DNA of 64,000 nt, from assembly GCA_047967505.1 (NCBI GenBank), contig CM106538.1; one strand, 5' to 3'. Origin of the DNA: Dipteris shenzhenensis (Eukaryota). This document shows positions 37,238 through 50,699 of the stretch, piece after piece. The translations under genes and the position numbers were made by a program. The notes beneath the pieces are model-generated. The model saw nothing but the letters and a program-made list of their open reading frames with translations. It was not told the origin of the DNA and searched no databases. How positions within the stretch are numbered: position 1 is the stretch's first letter; each line of letters opens with the position of its first letter.

Positions 37238-38339
37238 GTTGTTTCCAGAGGCAAGTGATGCATTCATCATGTGGAACAAGTGCTAGGCCTATGCATTGAA
37301 TGGATGAATCATCATGTGCAGTGCAAGTAAACATGTTGCATGGAAATGATTGGAAAGAGAAAATTGAAAGTAATTAGGAGAATGATAGAAGTATATTTTC
37401 ATTGCAATGGCCCCTTGGAAATTGAATATATAATTAGCTCTTCTACCATACTCTATGCACCTACTACTTGCGTTGATAACAAGGCAACCCTAACTACCTC
37501 TCATCAACTCCCTTTGATACAAATCCCTCTAATAAGGCATGGCAGGTACCACCTACCACATATACATTTGTTCACACCTACCTATTAGAAGGGTAGGTGC
37601 CATCAAGCCGAGCATCAAAATGCTCTTACATGCCTTGACCTAGGTATCACCATGGATTGGTTCAATGTACTCTAGCAACTATCATTTCAGGCCGGTGAAG
37701 ATGATGTTGACTTAGGAGAATGGATTGTCTCTCTCTTTGCCCGTCACTTTGCCTGACCCGCACATTCATTCTTCTAGTTTCTTGCACCCTTCGTTGATCA
37801 GCCTTGATCCCTCATTCGGTCTCAACCTTTACTGAAATCCTATCCCCTTATTCAAGGGGCTCAATAATACTATCTAGCCCATTGTTGTTTTGTAAGCCAT
37901 TCTCAAGGCCCATAGTGTAGGATGCACTATTGGTCTCAATTAATGAAATTTTCATTCATTATCTTTTTCAAGATTGTCGTTTCTAGAGGCAAGTGAGGCA
38001 TGCGTTGCATAGAATGAGTGTCAGGTGTGTGCAAGGAATGGATGAATCATAAGGTTTAGAGCAAGTAAGAAAATGATTAGAAAGACAAGAATGAAAGTAC
38101 TCAAGGCGAATGACAGAAATATATTTTCATTACATGGCCCCTTAGGCAATGAAGATAGAGTCAGCTCTTTTGCCAAACTCTACACTGCACTCTTTGCATC
38201 AACACAATAAGGCAACCCTAATGACCTCTCATAAACTCCCTTTACACAAAGCCCTTTGACAAGGCATGGTAGGTGCGCCTTGCCACATTTACCTTCGTTC
38301 ACACCTACCTATTAGAAGAGTAGGTGCCATTAAACTGAG
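37238..38339. repeat. Diverged ~370-bp direct repeat pair (37238-37610 and 37977-38339), probably LTR-derived
   Basis: Both copies run from ..TTTC(C/T)AGAGGCAAGTGA.. to ..TTCACACCTACCTATTAGAAG(G/A)GTAGGTGCCAT. The adjacent motif TTGTAAGCCATTCTCAAGGCCCATAGTG recurs at ~37890 and ~38846. Confidence 0.75.
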
Positions 38340-38999
38340 AGCCAAACAATGTTTTTTATAAACACAAATTTTAGAAATCAGGCACTCATTTAGGCTTCAA
38401 ACAGAAAGTTGGGCAATCATGGTGTTTTTTTTAAATCTATGTTGATCGCCAAAAACAACCAAGCTTTGACAACCGATATGTTTTGATCGACAAACCCATG
38501 TTCGATCATGTAGCATAGTCATGATTTAGACATTTATCATGTCTTTTGCAGCATTTAGTAAAGTTATGTGCATCAAAGTAAGCATATATGAAGTTATGCC
38601 TAATTTTCTCCATCAAGTTTAGAGTATGGTCGCCCATTTTAGGCTATCATTTCTCAAGCGTTAGGATGGTAGGATAACCCTATTAGGTGCTCCTTTTTCA
38701 AAGAGGATAACTAAAAAAGAAAAAAATTGGTGCCAAAATTCTTTGTTCTTTGCTTGGCCTTGGTCCTTCATTTAGCCTCTCCCTTTGTTGACATCATGTC
38801 TCCTCGTTTAGAGGGTTCAACAATGGTGTCTATCCTGTTGTTGTCTTGTAAGCCATTCTCAAGGCCCATAGTGCAAAGTGCAACTACTCATCTTAGCTAC
38901 ATCGATTTTCATTCATTATGTTTTCCAAGGTCCTCCCCAAAATCTTATTAGTGGACTCCACCTAGTCATTGGCCTATAGTCATTTGACCTCTTGTGTAT

Positions 39000-41900
39000 G
39001 ATCATGGGCCTTTGAGTTAAATGATTAATAATTACATTAAGAAAATGTCACCCTTGGTCACTCACCAATGTAGTTCGATAGCCAAATTTGGTCATGATGG
39101 TTTCATAAATTAATTTGGCCATCAACTTTGGCAAATTGTATCTCAAGGCACAAGCATTGACCCATTTAATATGCTAACATTGCAATAATTATATCAAGTT
39201 CCAGCCCAGCATGTAGAAGGCTTAAATGGACCAACAACATCCAAATCCCATTTTTGAAAGGTTCGGTAGTACCAACTATGGGGCATACAACTTGAAGCAT
39301 CAAGTTACCCTAGTCTTTGACAACTATCACTTTTTTACGCATACTTCCATGCATCTTTGATCAAAGTGTGCCACGACAATCAAGCTTGGAATATCTTTTG
39401 GTTTGTAACTTCCCCATAAAAATGGTCCCCACTAATCCCTTGGTGAGCTTCTTACAACAACGTGCCTTGTGACTTCAAACAAACGATGAACCACATGGTT
39501 AATTCTGAACTTGCATGCACCAAGGAAGCCTTACTATGTATGGATTTCCAAGTGTCCCCTTTGATCTCTATTTGTACGATGTGGAAATTTTATTTCCATC
39601 AAGTGTATTAGCATATCATCCAGTACTTGATCTAACACCGCAACCAAAAGTTGCCTTGTACTCGAGACAAAAAGTGTATCATGTCATGCTCATGGCAACT
39701 TGGAGCATGCTTGATTCGAAAATCAAACCCTTCTAACAATAGCATCTATCCGAACAATTTATCGTTTAGTATGGATTTATTGATTAGGTGTAAAAAGACT
39801 TGATGGTCCACAGCGAACCAAAAAAGCTACCAAGGATGTAATTTTGAATAGAGCATCCCAAGGGCTTTCTTATCAATAGTAGAATAATTGCACTCCATCA
39901 TGGACAACATCCAACTAGCATAATAACGTCTTCACACAACCAATAGCAATATTAGGGGCATCAAGAAAAACATAAATTACTCGGACCAATTCAGCTATCA
40001 TAGCATTGGAGCCATAGGCACCATCTTTGTTAAGTCATCAAATGCTCGGTCACACTTCTTTATCCATTCATAAGGATGATCTTTCTTTGTTAGCTTCTAC
40101 AGAGGGTAAGAGATTTCTGCTAGGTAGCGTAAAAACCAACGACGATGTCGCCTCACCTACCCCAAAAACGTGCACAACTGCTTGGTAATACAAGGTAGAC
40201 ACAGTGCTTTGATTTTCTTTTTATCACTCGCTATTCTGAAACTAGATGCCACATGTCTTGACAGAAGGCCACTTTTGATTCAAAAGCACATTTCATCGAA
40301 TTCAGTGAAGCCATACTATCATACATTTGGCTATAAAAGTGATCATTCATGTCCCCAAACTCACTAAAATCATCCAGGAAACCCCACATGAAGGATATCA
40401 AATACTCAATGCAAAATCTCATGCACCATGCATTGAAAAGTGGCAGAATTGAGGCTTTGGAGGGTTCTCAGGTTCACCCTTCTCAGATCTTGGCCAGTAC
40501 TTGGACAAATATGGTACACCCTCTGATGGCCATTTGGGCGACCATGCAAGGATCATCTCGAGCAGCCTCCTCCAGGAGAGTTACTTTTCTCAGAGATTGG
40601 AGAGACTCTCCCTTCTTTGATGAGACTTCTACAGGGTTGAGTTGGCATTTTCAACCTGAGCCTTGGTTTCTACCTCATTCCTCTGAGGTGTTTTTATTAC
40701 ATGCTTAGCATGTTGTATTTCCGCACAGAGCTTGCTCTAGCAAGTTTCTTTCTTACTTAATAGAAGTCTCTTTTTTGCCAAAAAGAAAAAAGTGACAAAA
40801 GCATTCTTCAACAAAAATTGGATGCATAAGCCCCCATTTTGCAATGAATGTCATTTTCTCCTTATACATTGAGCCATCTAAACTCAATAGACAAAAAAAA
40901 AGAAGTATATTTTATGCTCGACAACAACATCCAACACAAAGTCCATGAAACATAGAGGGAATGTATTTATTTTTGTTTGAATGTTTAGCTTTAAGTAATC
41001 AACACACTTGCAACTTGCCATTCTTCTTAGGGACAATAAAAATGGGGGAGATAACCACCCAATCTTGCCAATCGAATAAATGAAGCCCACCTTTAAGAGT
41101 TTATCTATCTCTTTTTCCATCCGCAATGCATAGTTTGGGTCCACATGCCAACGTTGCTGGACCGAAACTACATCTTCCTTAGATTAATGTGGTGTTGGTA
41201 GAAACATGGATCTAACCCCTTCATATGCCAATTAGGCAAACACATCCTTCCAATTTCTCCTTAAACTTGGGCTTGAGCGAAATGAACATTCACCTGATTT
41301 TTGGGTCTATGCAACCACCCAAATTGACTTACAACGAGAGCATCTTCCTTGCTTGGTAGATTTTATCTATTCTAGCAACAATGAATTCCAATTCCACATT
41401 GACAACAAATGCATTTAACAACCTTTCATCTGGAATGGCTGGAATTTGGTACTTAACAATTACTTCTAACGCACCTATTTCAAAGATGCAAACAAGAGAC
41501 AAATAAGTTTTCATAATCGCATCTTTATCATCATCTCCCATCCCTTTTAGCCAAACGCCTTGGTAACTTTTCCAAGAGTAGAGACCTATAATTTTCTTTT
41601 CTTTTTCCCCTTCTTGATTGTGTTCTAGTCATTAGCCCAATTTTGCTTCATTTTGGGTTGATGGAGCTAGGGTCGCACTAGGAGCATTGGATACAATCTA
41701 GATATTTAGCACATCTTCAAAATGGTGAGATTGTAGCTCATGCATGCCACCAAAATGTCAAGTCAACTAACTTCACATGCCTCTAATCATCCACCTTGTT
41801 AGAGAAATTGCTCACTCCATATTGGTAGTGCCCAATTCTTTTCAAGTTGTATTAGAAAGAATGTTCTCTAGATCCTCATCCAAAACTACTCCCTGCACCT

Positions 41901-42300
41901 TATAGGTGTGACTCTATCCTCCGTCCACTCCAAGTGAGGGGTCCAAAAATACAATTCCTCTTATTTCTACTCTACGGGGGCAATTGAGTCTCAAATGTCT
42001 TCTTGTAGATGTTGCACCAATGATTCCATGTATGCTACTGTCATGCCCAACAATCATGTTAATCTTCACCCTTTGGAGATCCTCTCAAAGATCATATTCA
42101 AGTATGATTTGATCAATGGGAAGGTTTTAGGACATCTCAAGCAAGACTAGGATTCTAGATCAAGGAATTTTGGTGGCATTGGATCCTCTATAAAACCCAC
42201 GAGGTGTGATTCATTTGACTCCATGGTTTTGTATTCAAAATTTGAATCCCACCCAAGCTTGACTTTTTACATCAATCATTAGCAAAATCAAGGTGAGACC
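39000..42300 (-). mobile_element. Degenerate Ty3/gypsy pol remnant
   Basis: RT N-terminal MDPNYALRMEKEIDKLLKVGFIY..CVDYLKLN..FPL (40884-41144) and NAFVTFQ across the LINE insertion, with RNase H/integrase-like remnants at lower coordinates. Confidence 0.7.
40449..40787 (+). mobile_element. Short 5'-truncated LINE 3' end inserted in the gypsy RT
   Basis: EALEGSQVHPSQILASTWT matches the 3' end of LINE 7034-10185. Shared 3' UTR TTAATAGAAGTCTCTTT and A-tail. Diverged TSD AAAAGTGGCAGAA (40436-40448) / AAAAGTGACAAAA (40788-40800). Confidence 0.88.
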
Positions 42301-43788
42301 AACCAATTCATCCTCATCGCTTTCTACACTCCCTATTCTAGGGCTTTGCCTTTGCTTTTACCCAATAACTATAGACTCTACTCAAAGGGCATTACAACCA
42401 ATGCTACTTGTTCAAACTCCATTGCTAATGACCCAATTTCCAAAAGGTTACATCACTTTCTAATTCCTTGGATGGACACCCTTGGTATTTGCTAGGGGCT
42501 TGTTTAACCTCTTCTTGATGCCTTACCCTTGGGGACATTCTAATACTCTATTATAATTGCCCTTTCACCCAACAATTATAGCAAAGTATGACTATCGAAT
42601 CAAGATATACATGTTTGACATAAATACCTATCACATTACCTAACAACTTCAATCATCCCCTCTTTTGATTATATATCAATTGTTGCATAAAACCATTTGC
42701 ACTTTTTTCACATCAAGCCCTGATCTCACCAATACAATCCAAAGGCACAACAAATGCCAATTAATCCCACAATCAACCAAAATTACAAGCTAAGGACACA
42801 CCCAAGTTTAGTCCTTATATTGCAGCGAGTCCTTTTTTATCTTTAATTTTAAGTACTAACCATGGAACAAGCATACCATAAAGAAAACATGACAACTTTA
42901 TGCTTGCATCATCATTCATTCAACCTCGGATTACTACGCTAAATACATATTACATGTTGAAGAACACCAAACAACAAAGTTGTTCAACCATTAAGTGCGA
43001 GCATTTTTTATATTAGGAATTTCTCCTGGTATGACACCTTCGTATTATGTTGACTAGTAGAAACCATCACCTTTTTGGTCTACTATTAGCTGTCATCTCC
43101 TTGGATGAAGTTTTCTCGATACTACTTAAATAGAAGACCAGACACAATGTTGCTACAATACATTCATCTGGTATGTCGATCCTTATGATCATCTCGGCTG
43201 CTCTCAAACAAACATATCCCATTTTGAATACAAAGCCATGAAAATTTCCTTGGCATAGCTAATATATTGCAATCTTTGCTTCCAGTAATTTGAACCATTC
43301 TTGTAGCAAAGAATTATGCAGCAAACCCACTGACCAAATTAACTAAAAAATCAATCAAGCATTGTAGCCACTACTAGAAACTGTGACGATTCCCAACCTA
43401 AATTCTCACATCTAACAGGAGTATCAACCCTTTACCTTTGTTTGGAGATAGAACTATAGAAGTAGTTCTGGTGTAAAAGTATCAAACATTTACTTTCAAG
43501 CATAGATAACAGACATGTTCAGTAGGTAGGCTGATTAGCATGTCAGTGTGCTTAGGCAAATGCACGCGCATGGATGCTATGTGGGAGTACATGTAAATGC
43601 CATGCTTGTACATACGTACTGGATGGGTTGGCTTGTTTCAGATTTAAAAAGGTCTCTGATGATTTAACATGATGTGGTTGGTCATTTCAATGTTGTGAAT
43701 ATAGCATAGCCTTTAAGGCAACACAAACTCATTACATCAAATGAGTAACTCTTTTAATTTCCAATTATGATACACAAGGAATGCTTTC

Positions 43789-46700
43789 CTATTTGAATGC
43801 TTCAGATACACTGCTCCCCTGAGCGGACTCCCAATCCTGATACAGCAAATCTGCCGCTGCTCGAGCTGCTGCTGATGAACTATATTTCTTTCGCAGGGAT
43901 GCCAAGAGAGCATCATGAGACTCCTGTATTTTGAATGCAAAGCACTACCTGTCAACCCTTTTCTAGAGAAAGAAAAACTTGCAGCATATCCAAGAGACTT
44001 CACATTGTATCATGTTCTGAGCTCCTTGTCACACAATACACGTGAAAGTGCAATGTGTCCCATATCCAAGTACAAAAAGAGCCAGAGAGAAGCAGCCTAG
44101 ATTTGCTCATCACAACTAGCTACCAGAGAAATTCAAAAGCACAGCAATTACCTTCAACACTCGTACTTCCTCTTCGAGGGCAGCTGCTGCTTCTCTCTGG
44201 CAAAAGCAACCAGCCAAAAAGTTAGGCCATACTATGAGATTGGCCAGTCTTGTAAAGTTTCTAGATCCTCACTTCCAAGAAGGCCCAGCTCCCCCAGCAT
44301 TGATGGGAGTCCACAGGAACTTCAGAAAGATACCAAGTGCATAGTCTATTACAGCTTTATACAAACTCTATCGTGCAAGAACTAGGATCCAGATAACATT
44401 ATCACCTGTTTCTTTATTTTAACATCCAATTCCATGCTACGTTGTCTTTCCTCTGCAAGCACTAGCATAGCAACTCGACGATGCTGGTCTACGGCCTGAA
44501 TTGTCTGACGAAGCTTTTTTATGCGTCTGTCTAAATCCAACTGCAATAATTTGGCAATTAGACATCAGATTGAAGTTCTGAAGCCACATGAAGTCTTATT
44601 AAAAAGGACAATAGGTAAATTCATACCTCGTCTTCTTCCTGCCATTGGTTGGCTCCATTAGTCTTTGTTAAGGGAACACGCATTCTGAAGCTTCTCCACT
44701 CCGCTTCATGTGTGACATCGGGCACCTGGACCGTTTTTGTCAATCTCCTTCTGGAAGTCTCTCCTGGCATAGATGACTTCATAGGACCCTCTCCTTCAAG
44801 GGGCTCTTGCTTTGCTGATGTTGTTTTCAGCCAAGATGAACCTGTGTCCCTTTTCCCTGCCTTTGAATCACGGCTGCCTAAACTTCCTACCAGTTTGTCC
44901 TCTGCTGGTGCAACCGATTCAGATACAGCCAAAGCTTTCCCATTAGTAGTCGAAGGCGGGACCTTTTTCTTGTGTCGTACATGGTTGGCAGAAAGGTCAT
45001 TGCTGTATGGGAAACGTGTATACCCTGCAGGTCGTCCGTAAGACTGCCCCATAGCTTTTGTTTCATTGCTACTTTCAGGACTCAGCTTTGACATATGAGC
45101 CGTGTAAAATGGAGAATGCAATACCTTCGTATCACCATCCACTTCAAACATGGGATAACTAGGAAACTCAAACCTTCTCATTTGAGAATTCCTTTGAACC
45201 ATGGTTTGTGTGCCAGGACTTGCATACCACTGAGACCGTAAAATTCTACGCTTTACAGATTGTCTTTGGGGTGGTCTTCCAGCAGAAGACCACACTCCAA
45301 TGATAATGAAAAGAGCCCCTGCAATAAAGACACCTACAGCAGCTTTCCCCACAACAGGATCACTGATCGTGGGAAAGCGCAACCTGACTTCTGCAACAAA
45401 AACATTCAAAGGATTTTCATAAGTTACAAATATATGGCTACAAACATCAACTGTCCTTCAACCAGACAAAGCCTAGCTTTCAGGAGTATGCATGCCATGA
45501 AGAGGCAAAATAATGACCACTTTGAATGTCACGTTGTCTCCTAATTTCACATATAATAACAAGCGAGCTATAGGCCATGAGAAAAACACTAGATCTTATC
45601 AGTTACTCTGATGACTTTTCAAACAGACCATTCCAATGGAAACAAGATCAGCACCGGAAGAGAAAGGGCAGGCCAAAACCAGTACGGAGTTTGTCACATC
45701 ACAGATAATCAAGTACATAAACCATGCACACTGCAGTTGCTATACTTAACAAAATGGAAAGAGTCAGCTGAAAGCAGCAGCTGCCAGTAGAGTGCTCAAA
45801 ATGCGAGCAGCAGCAAAACCTCATAATACCATTGGCAAATAAATATGACTACAGTGCAAAGAAGAGCTACCTGTAGGGAAAGAGCAGAACCTATACATAC
45901 ATAAAATTTGAGTAAAGGCCAAATCATCATTATTCGTTTTATTTCTACACTTTGGCTTTGCTTCATTCAACTCCAACATGGGATCCCACTGCACCGAGGT
46001 TGTCTTAAACTAACACCCGCCTCACCTTGCCATGCCTATTTTAAATTTGATCACGTACTTCTTTTCTTTGGTATGGTGACTGACCTTCTTAAGGCCTTGA
46101 TATTCTCAAACGCCAGTGTGGTCAGCTGATTCTACAGGCATAGTTGGTCATGTGGACTCAAGCAGAATGTGGCCTTCATACAGGATAGCGTCTGACCTTA
46201 TTCACCATGCTTCAGGCTCTGATTGTAAACAGTGCCTGCTACTTCATGGTTCTGACTCCCTCACTGCTCCACAACATAGTAAACAAGGATTGGATTCTAG
46301 GTTGCAGAGCTCGTCACTGATTATAGTTGCATGAAATACAAGGGAACCTTCCCAATTAACCCTTTCCCATACGTGCAGGAATATGTGTAACTACCCTTGT
46401 CCCATGATAACCCAGATATGGCTATTAAAGAAGAACAATCACGTACACAGCATATACACTAGAATATAAAGTAAGACAAGACCATTTTACAAAACCAGGC
46501 ATGTATCAAGCTACTTCACCTGCAAAGGTCCAAAATTTCCCTGGCTCTGTATTCGACTCAGCCTTTGAATCTCTGAAATGTTGATTAAAATGATTTACAG
46601 GTTCCCCACAACTGTGGTCAGCTCTTTCTTCCACCTATTCATAGCAAAATGGACAGAAATTGACTAAGAACGTATAGCTCACACAGAAACAACACTAGAA

Positions 46701-49287
46701 CCCTACACGCACAAAACCAGAAACCCACACACAGTACTGATTCAATGGTTTATTTGCAGATACAAATTATAGCTGCACAAACCAATCAGAAAGAACGTAC
46801 ACATAATGGATTGTATGACAAGGCCAATGAGACAAACACAAAGTTTTTCATGTACAAGATTTGACAAGAGACAAACTTACCTTTATTTCTCAGGGTTTGA
46901 AACCCTCACCTCCTCACATTGGACGCTGCCCATCAACAATTCTCCTCTCATTACTCAGGTGGCTTACAGAAGTAGAAAATTGAAAATTAGGGCAAGCCAT
47001 AAGAGGAACCATGAGCGTTCAGAACTGGACATAGCTTAGATATCTTGTATCCACATGCACCTGTAACAAAGAATCCACACTCCACTTGGATCCAACTTGT
47101 TGGGATAAATAGGTCAACAGTGAACACCCCACCTGTGAGCCCCCAAATGAGGAGAGCTCAGTGGAGTGACATCTGTAGGTATTAGGGGAAAGAGCAATAC
47201 AAACTCTGCCATGTGGGCAGTAGATCATAATCATTGTTTAGGTTAATTGGCCAGATCAGTTCATCTTGGGACTGCCATGGAGCTGCCCACTCTTTTGTCA
47301 GCTTATTCATTGCATCAAACAATATATAAAAGAAAAATCCCCACGACAAAGTGCTTTGAAGGTACCAGGGAAAAGACATGGAAGGAGTAAGGCAATTATG
47401 ACAAAGAGCAATGTCTTGTTGCCACAGTGGAGTCAAAGACTAAGTCTGCCAACGCTTAAACCATGTGATGGATGGATCTTCTTATTGCTTGCACCTAACC
47501 GTGGTTCTCATAGTGCTTATCAAGAGTATCCATGTGAATCACTGAATGTACAAGACGGCATGCCACATCAGACCCACATCCAATCTATCTTTTGGAGTAG
47601 ATGGATCATGGAATTGTCCGTCGTTGTACAGGATCCCGAGGTGCAATCGTCCCTTCATGTCAAAGACACCGCTTTAAGTGAGTATTCTTCAAGAAGTGCC
47701 ACCAATAAGACTCCAAGAGTGAGTGGCGTAATCATTTTGGGTAAGGCCCTTTGAACATCATTAAAAGCCCCGCAATGAGACTAACCTCGAGTCAAAATGA
47801 CATCCTTGAGGGTGAGCTAAATAACAAGCTAATTAAGGTTCATAACCTCAAATAGACAGAATGACAAATACTAAGCTCTTTTTCTCAGAAAAATTGGCCA
47901 CATGGAGAAAAGGAAAAACTTCAAGCTTTGCGATATGAGAAGCTCAAGTGCTGATGCTCTGCAGTAAGTGTAAGTATATATCCCCTCAACGTTCATCACA
48001 TTAGTCTCTCTTATTGAATAGTCCCAGGAGCTAATTGGCAGCTCTACCTGAAGCAATTAGAGATTTCCGAACTTGAAAAAGTACGTTCTAAGGTTAGAAG
48101 CTGTTTCGCTTCACAGTTCAAATGCCGTATCCTGTATTGTTTCAGGTTTTGAGAAATATTTCCAACTCAGGTTTTGAGAAATATTTACAACGAAATTTTC
48201 CTCCTCATACAACAATCGAAACCAGTAAGCGCTCCATAAACTTCGTATAGGAAACGTTGAGAATCAAATTTCAACCTAGGAAATTTTCCTTTCTTTAAAG
48301 GAAGTACACAAAAATTTTCTCTTGTCTTATAAACAATCGACATAAAGTAACTGTATATAGCAATTAGCAGCTTCCGTAGCTTTCAATTGCTTTGCAAGGC
48401 CTAGAAACCTTTTTGCCATTAGTGCTCTCAAGTGTTCTCCGTGGTTACATAAAACTCGTACACACCTATCTAATCCAGAGTTCCCAATTTCTGAAGTCAA
48501 AGATGAGGAAAGGTCGATGATGAATGGAACAAGAGAAGAAATGTACATGCGGATGTGACCTCTGTTCTCTTCGAACTTCCTCCTGCACACCCTCAGCAAC
48601 CCTCAACTCCGCCATCTTCATGAGTCGCTGATTTGGCACAGAAAATGCTTCCCCTGCTGTTGTTGCATGAGCCAAACGTTTCCAGTCGTCTGCATCGACG
48701 CTACGCGTCCGCCCCCGCAATGCTCTGTAACGAGCTTCTAGCAATAAGATATCTTCCTCCAAGATGGCACTAGCAGCGCCTTGGTCGGCATTTTCAGACT
48801 CGTTCCCTGAGGGCCGTAGATTTTCAGCCGATGTGGAAAACGGATTGGAATGTTGAGTGGCCGCAGTGACGTCTTGAGGCCTTTCATCGAAACCATTATT
48901 TGGAGATTGGAGGCTGTTTCGGCTTCTGACAAAATTGGGTTCCTGGACACGCTGTGGAGGAAACTTATCGTAATGCTCGGAAGCTCCCCGGCTCACGGGA
49001 GGGACGTTTCCATCTGAATATTTGGGCGTCTTAGACAGATCGGCAACGAAGGGTAGGACAAGATTCTCCAAGAACGAGCTGATGGAGAATGAGGGAACTC
49101 CGGGAGCGGCATTGGCGCGATCCGGCTCCGAGAGGAGTCCGAAGCCAGCTCGATCGCCAAGGCTACGGCAAAGGCAAGAGGAGGGAAGAGGGCGGGAGTC
49201 GAGAGAGGAGGAGGAGGAGGGGGGGGGGGAGGCGAAGATGATTGGGGAGGGGGAGGGGGGGAAAGGGAGGGTGAAGGGAGGGATCAT
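43789..49287 (-). CDS. Uncharacterised multi-exon protein: Pro/Ser-rich transit-peptide-like N-terminus, hydrophobic segments, C-terminal coiled coil
   Basis: ATG at 49287 in ACCACCATG context opens a large first exon (MIPPFTLPFPPSPSP...LEEDILLLEARYRALRG). Well-supported 3' exons with GT-AG and phase-0 joins: ~45390-44627 (..AAVGVFIAGALFIIIGVW..QWQEEDE), 44540-44406 (LDLDRRIKKLRQ..KIKKQ), 44196-44152 (REAAAALEEEVRVLK), 43923-43789 (ESHDALLASLRKKYSSSAAARAAADLLYQDW..stop). Candidate middle exons 46572-46520, 45870-45820 and 45730-45607 are less certain, and the exon-1 donor is unresolved. Confidence 0.72.
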
Positions 49288-50699
49288 GGTGGTGAGAAGG
49301 AAGGTAACATAGCGAAGGGGGGGAAGAAGGAGCTCTAAGACGGAGGGAAGAGGGAGGCCATTGAAGGGAGAGCAAGCTCTTTTGAGAAGCTTAGCCGGCG
49401 ATGAAGAAGATGAAGAAAATATGAATGCATCAGGATTTAGATTTCGATGATTGGTACCTTGGCTTTGTCTCCTTCCCTCCAAAACTTACAGTTCTTAGTT
49501 TAGTTTACTTTACTACTCTTATTTTGGGTGCGTTCACAAGACAAGCTTAGGGTGAGTGTTAACACCACCAATTCAATGGCAAGTTGGCCACCAGTCGAAT
49601 TGGACGATGGCCCGCTTCCACCGTGTGGTGGTTCTTCACACCATCGCCCATAGGATGACTGCTTCCATAGCGTGGTGGTTCATACCACCCGGCCGCCCGG
49701 GATTGGAGCATGCCCGCTTCCAACGGTTTGGCAATAAAATCAGGGTCTACTGGATATCACCCTTGCCTGCCTATGAGAGAGAGAGAGAGCATTTTTGGGT
49801 CCAGCGTGCTCTTCGAATGGACACAAAGGCTTGAACCCATGCAAACCGCATGACAAAAAAGACCAAGTCATTGTCTTTTCTTGGCTACGTTCCTTGAACC
49901 TACAAGCCAATGCTTTTTTTTTCCCGGATATACAACATTGTGTTGTTACCAACATTTGATTGGTCTAGCAATTGGAAGAGATGGAATGTGCCAATCATGT
50001 TGTGAGTGCCCAAGCCCGTCCCTTCTATTGGGCCAACTAGGATGGCAACCCTTCACACCACCTTTTTGGAGGATGGGTGCTATGAACTCAGCCTAATGTA
50101 GGGAAGGTGCTCAAGGATGTGTGCAGGCGATCAACACTAGTCAAGAGCCTCACACCACCCAAGACACCCTCCGAGACATCAAGAGCGACCATAAGGGTTG
50201 ATGGTAATAGCCACATCATTCCTGCTAGTGGTGACAGGATGACAAATCTCATTCAACCGGTTTAGATGGCTTTCCTCCACGTGCCAACCTTGACATTAAA
50301 GATAACTTTAATAAGGGAATTAGATCCCCCATTGGTACCCACTCCAACTAAAACTTTCAAGGCTTTTTTCGTACAAAATGGTTTATTTCATCAATTCAAA
50401 GTGCATTCTTTAAAGTTAAGGTCACAATGGATTCTTCTTTTCAAGGCCTTTCAAACGAGTACCCATGGTGTATAGTTTTAAGTTGATCTGGACCATTCTC
50501 AGCCTTAAATTAACAATTACATTTCTACATTCCAACTTCTCTTTTGGGGGGTTTAAATGTACAAGCATCTTTAACAAGTCTTTAAGATATTTAAGTAACT
50601 AGACTCTCAAATTGCGAATAGGAACGCACACTTATGTGCACTCTGAGAGAGATAGTGACAATGGACTCCATAGTTGTTTTGAAATGCCTTCTAACTATC

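Noticed and set aside
47182-47754. 162-aa plus-strand ORF within an intron of the second gene
   Set aside because: Non-ATG start and no recognisable motif; probably a decayed repeat.
49288-49482. N-terminal extension of ORF 48466-49482 (MEGRRQ...)
   Set aside because: It starts at TTG; the first in-frame ATG, in good context, is at 49287.
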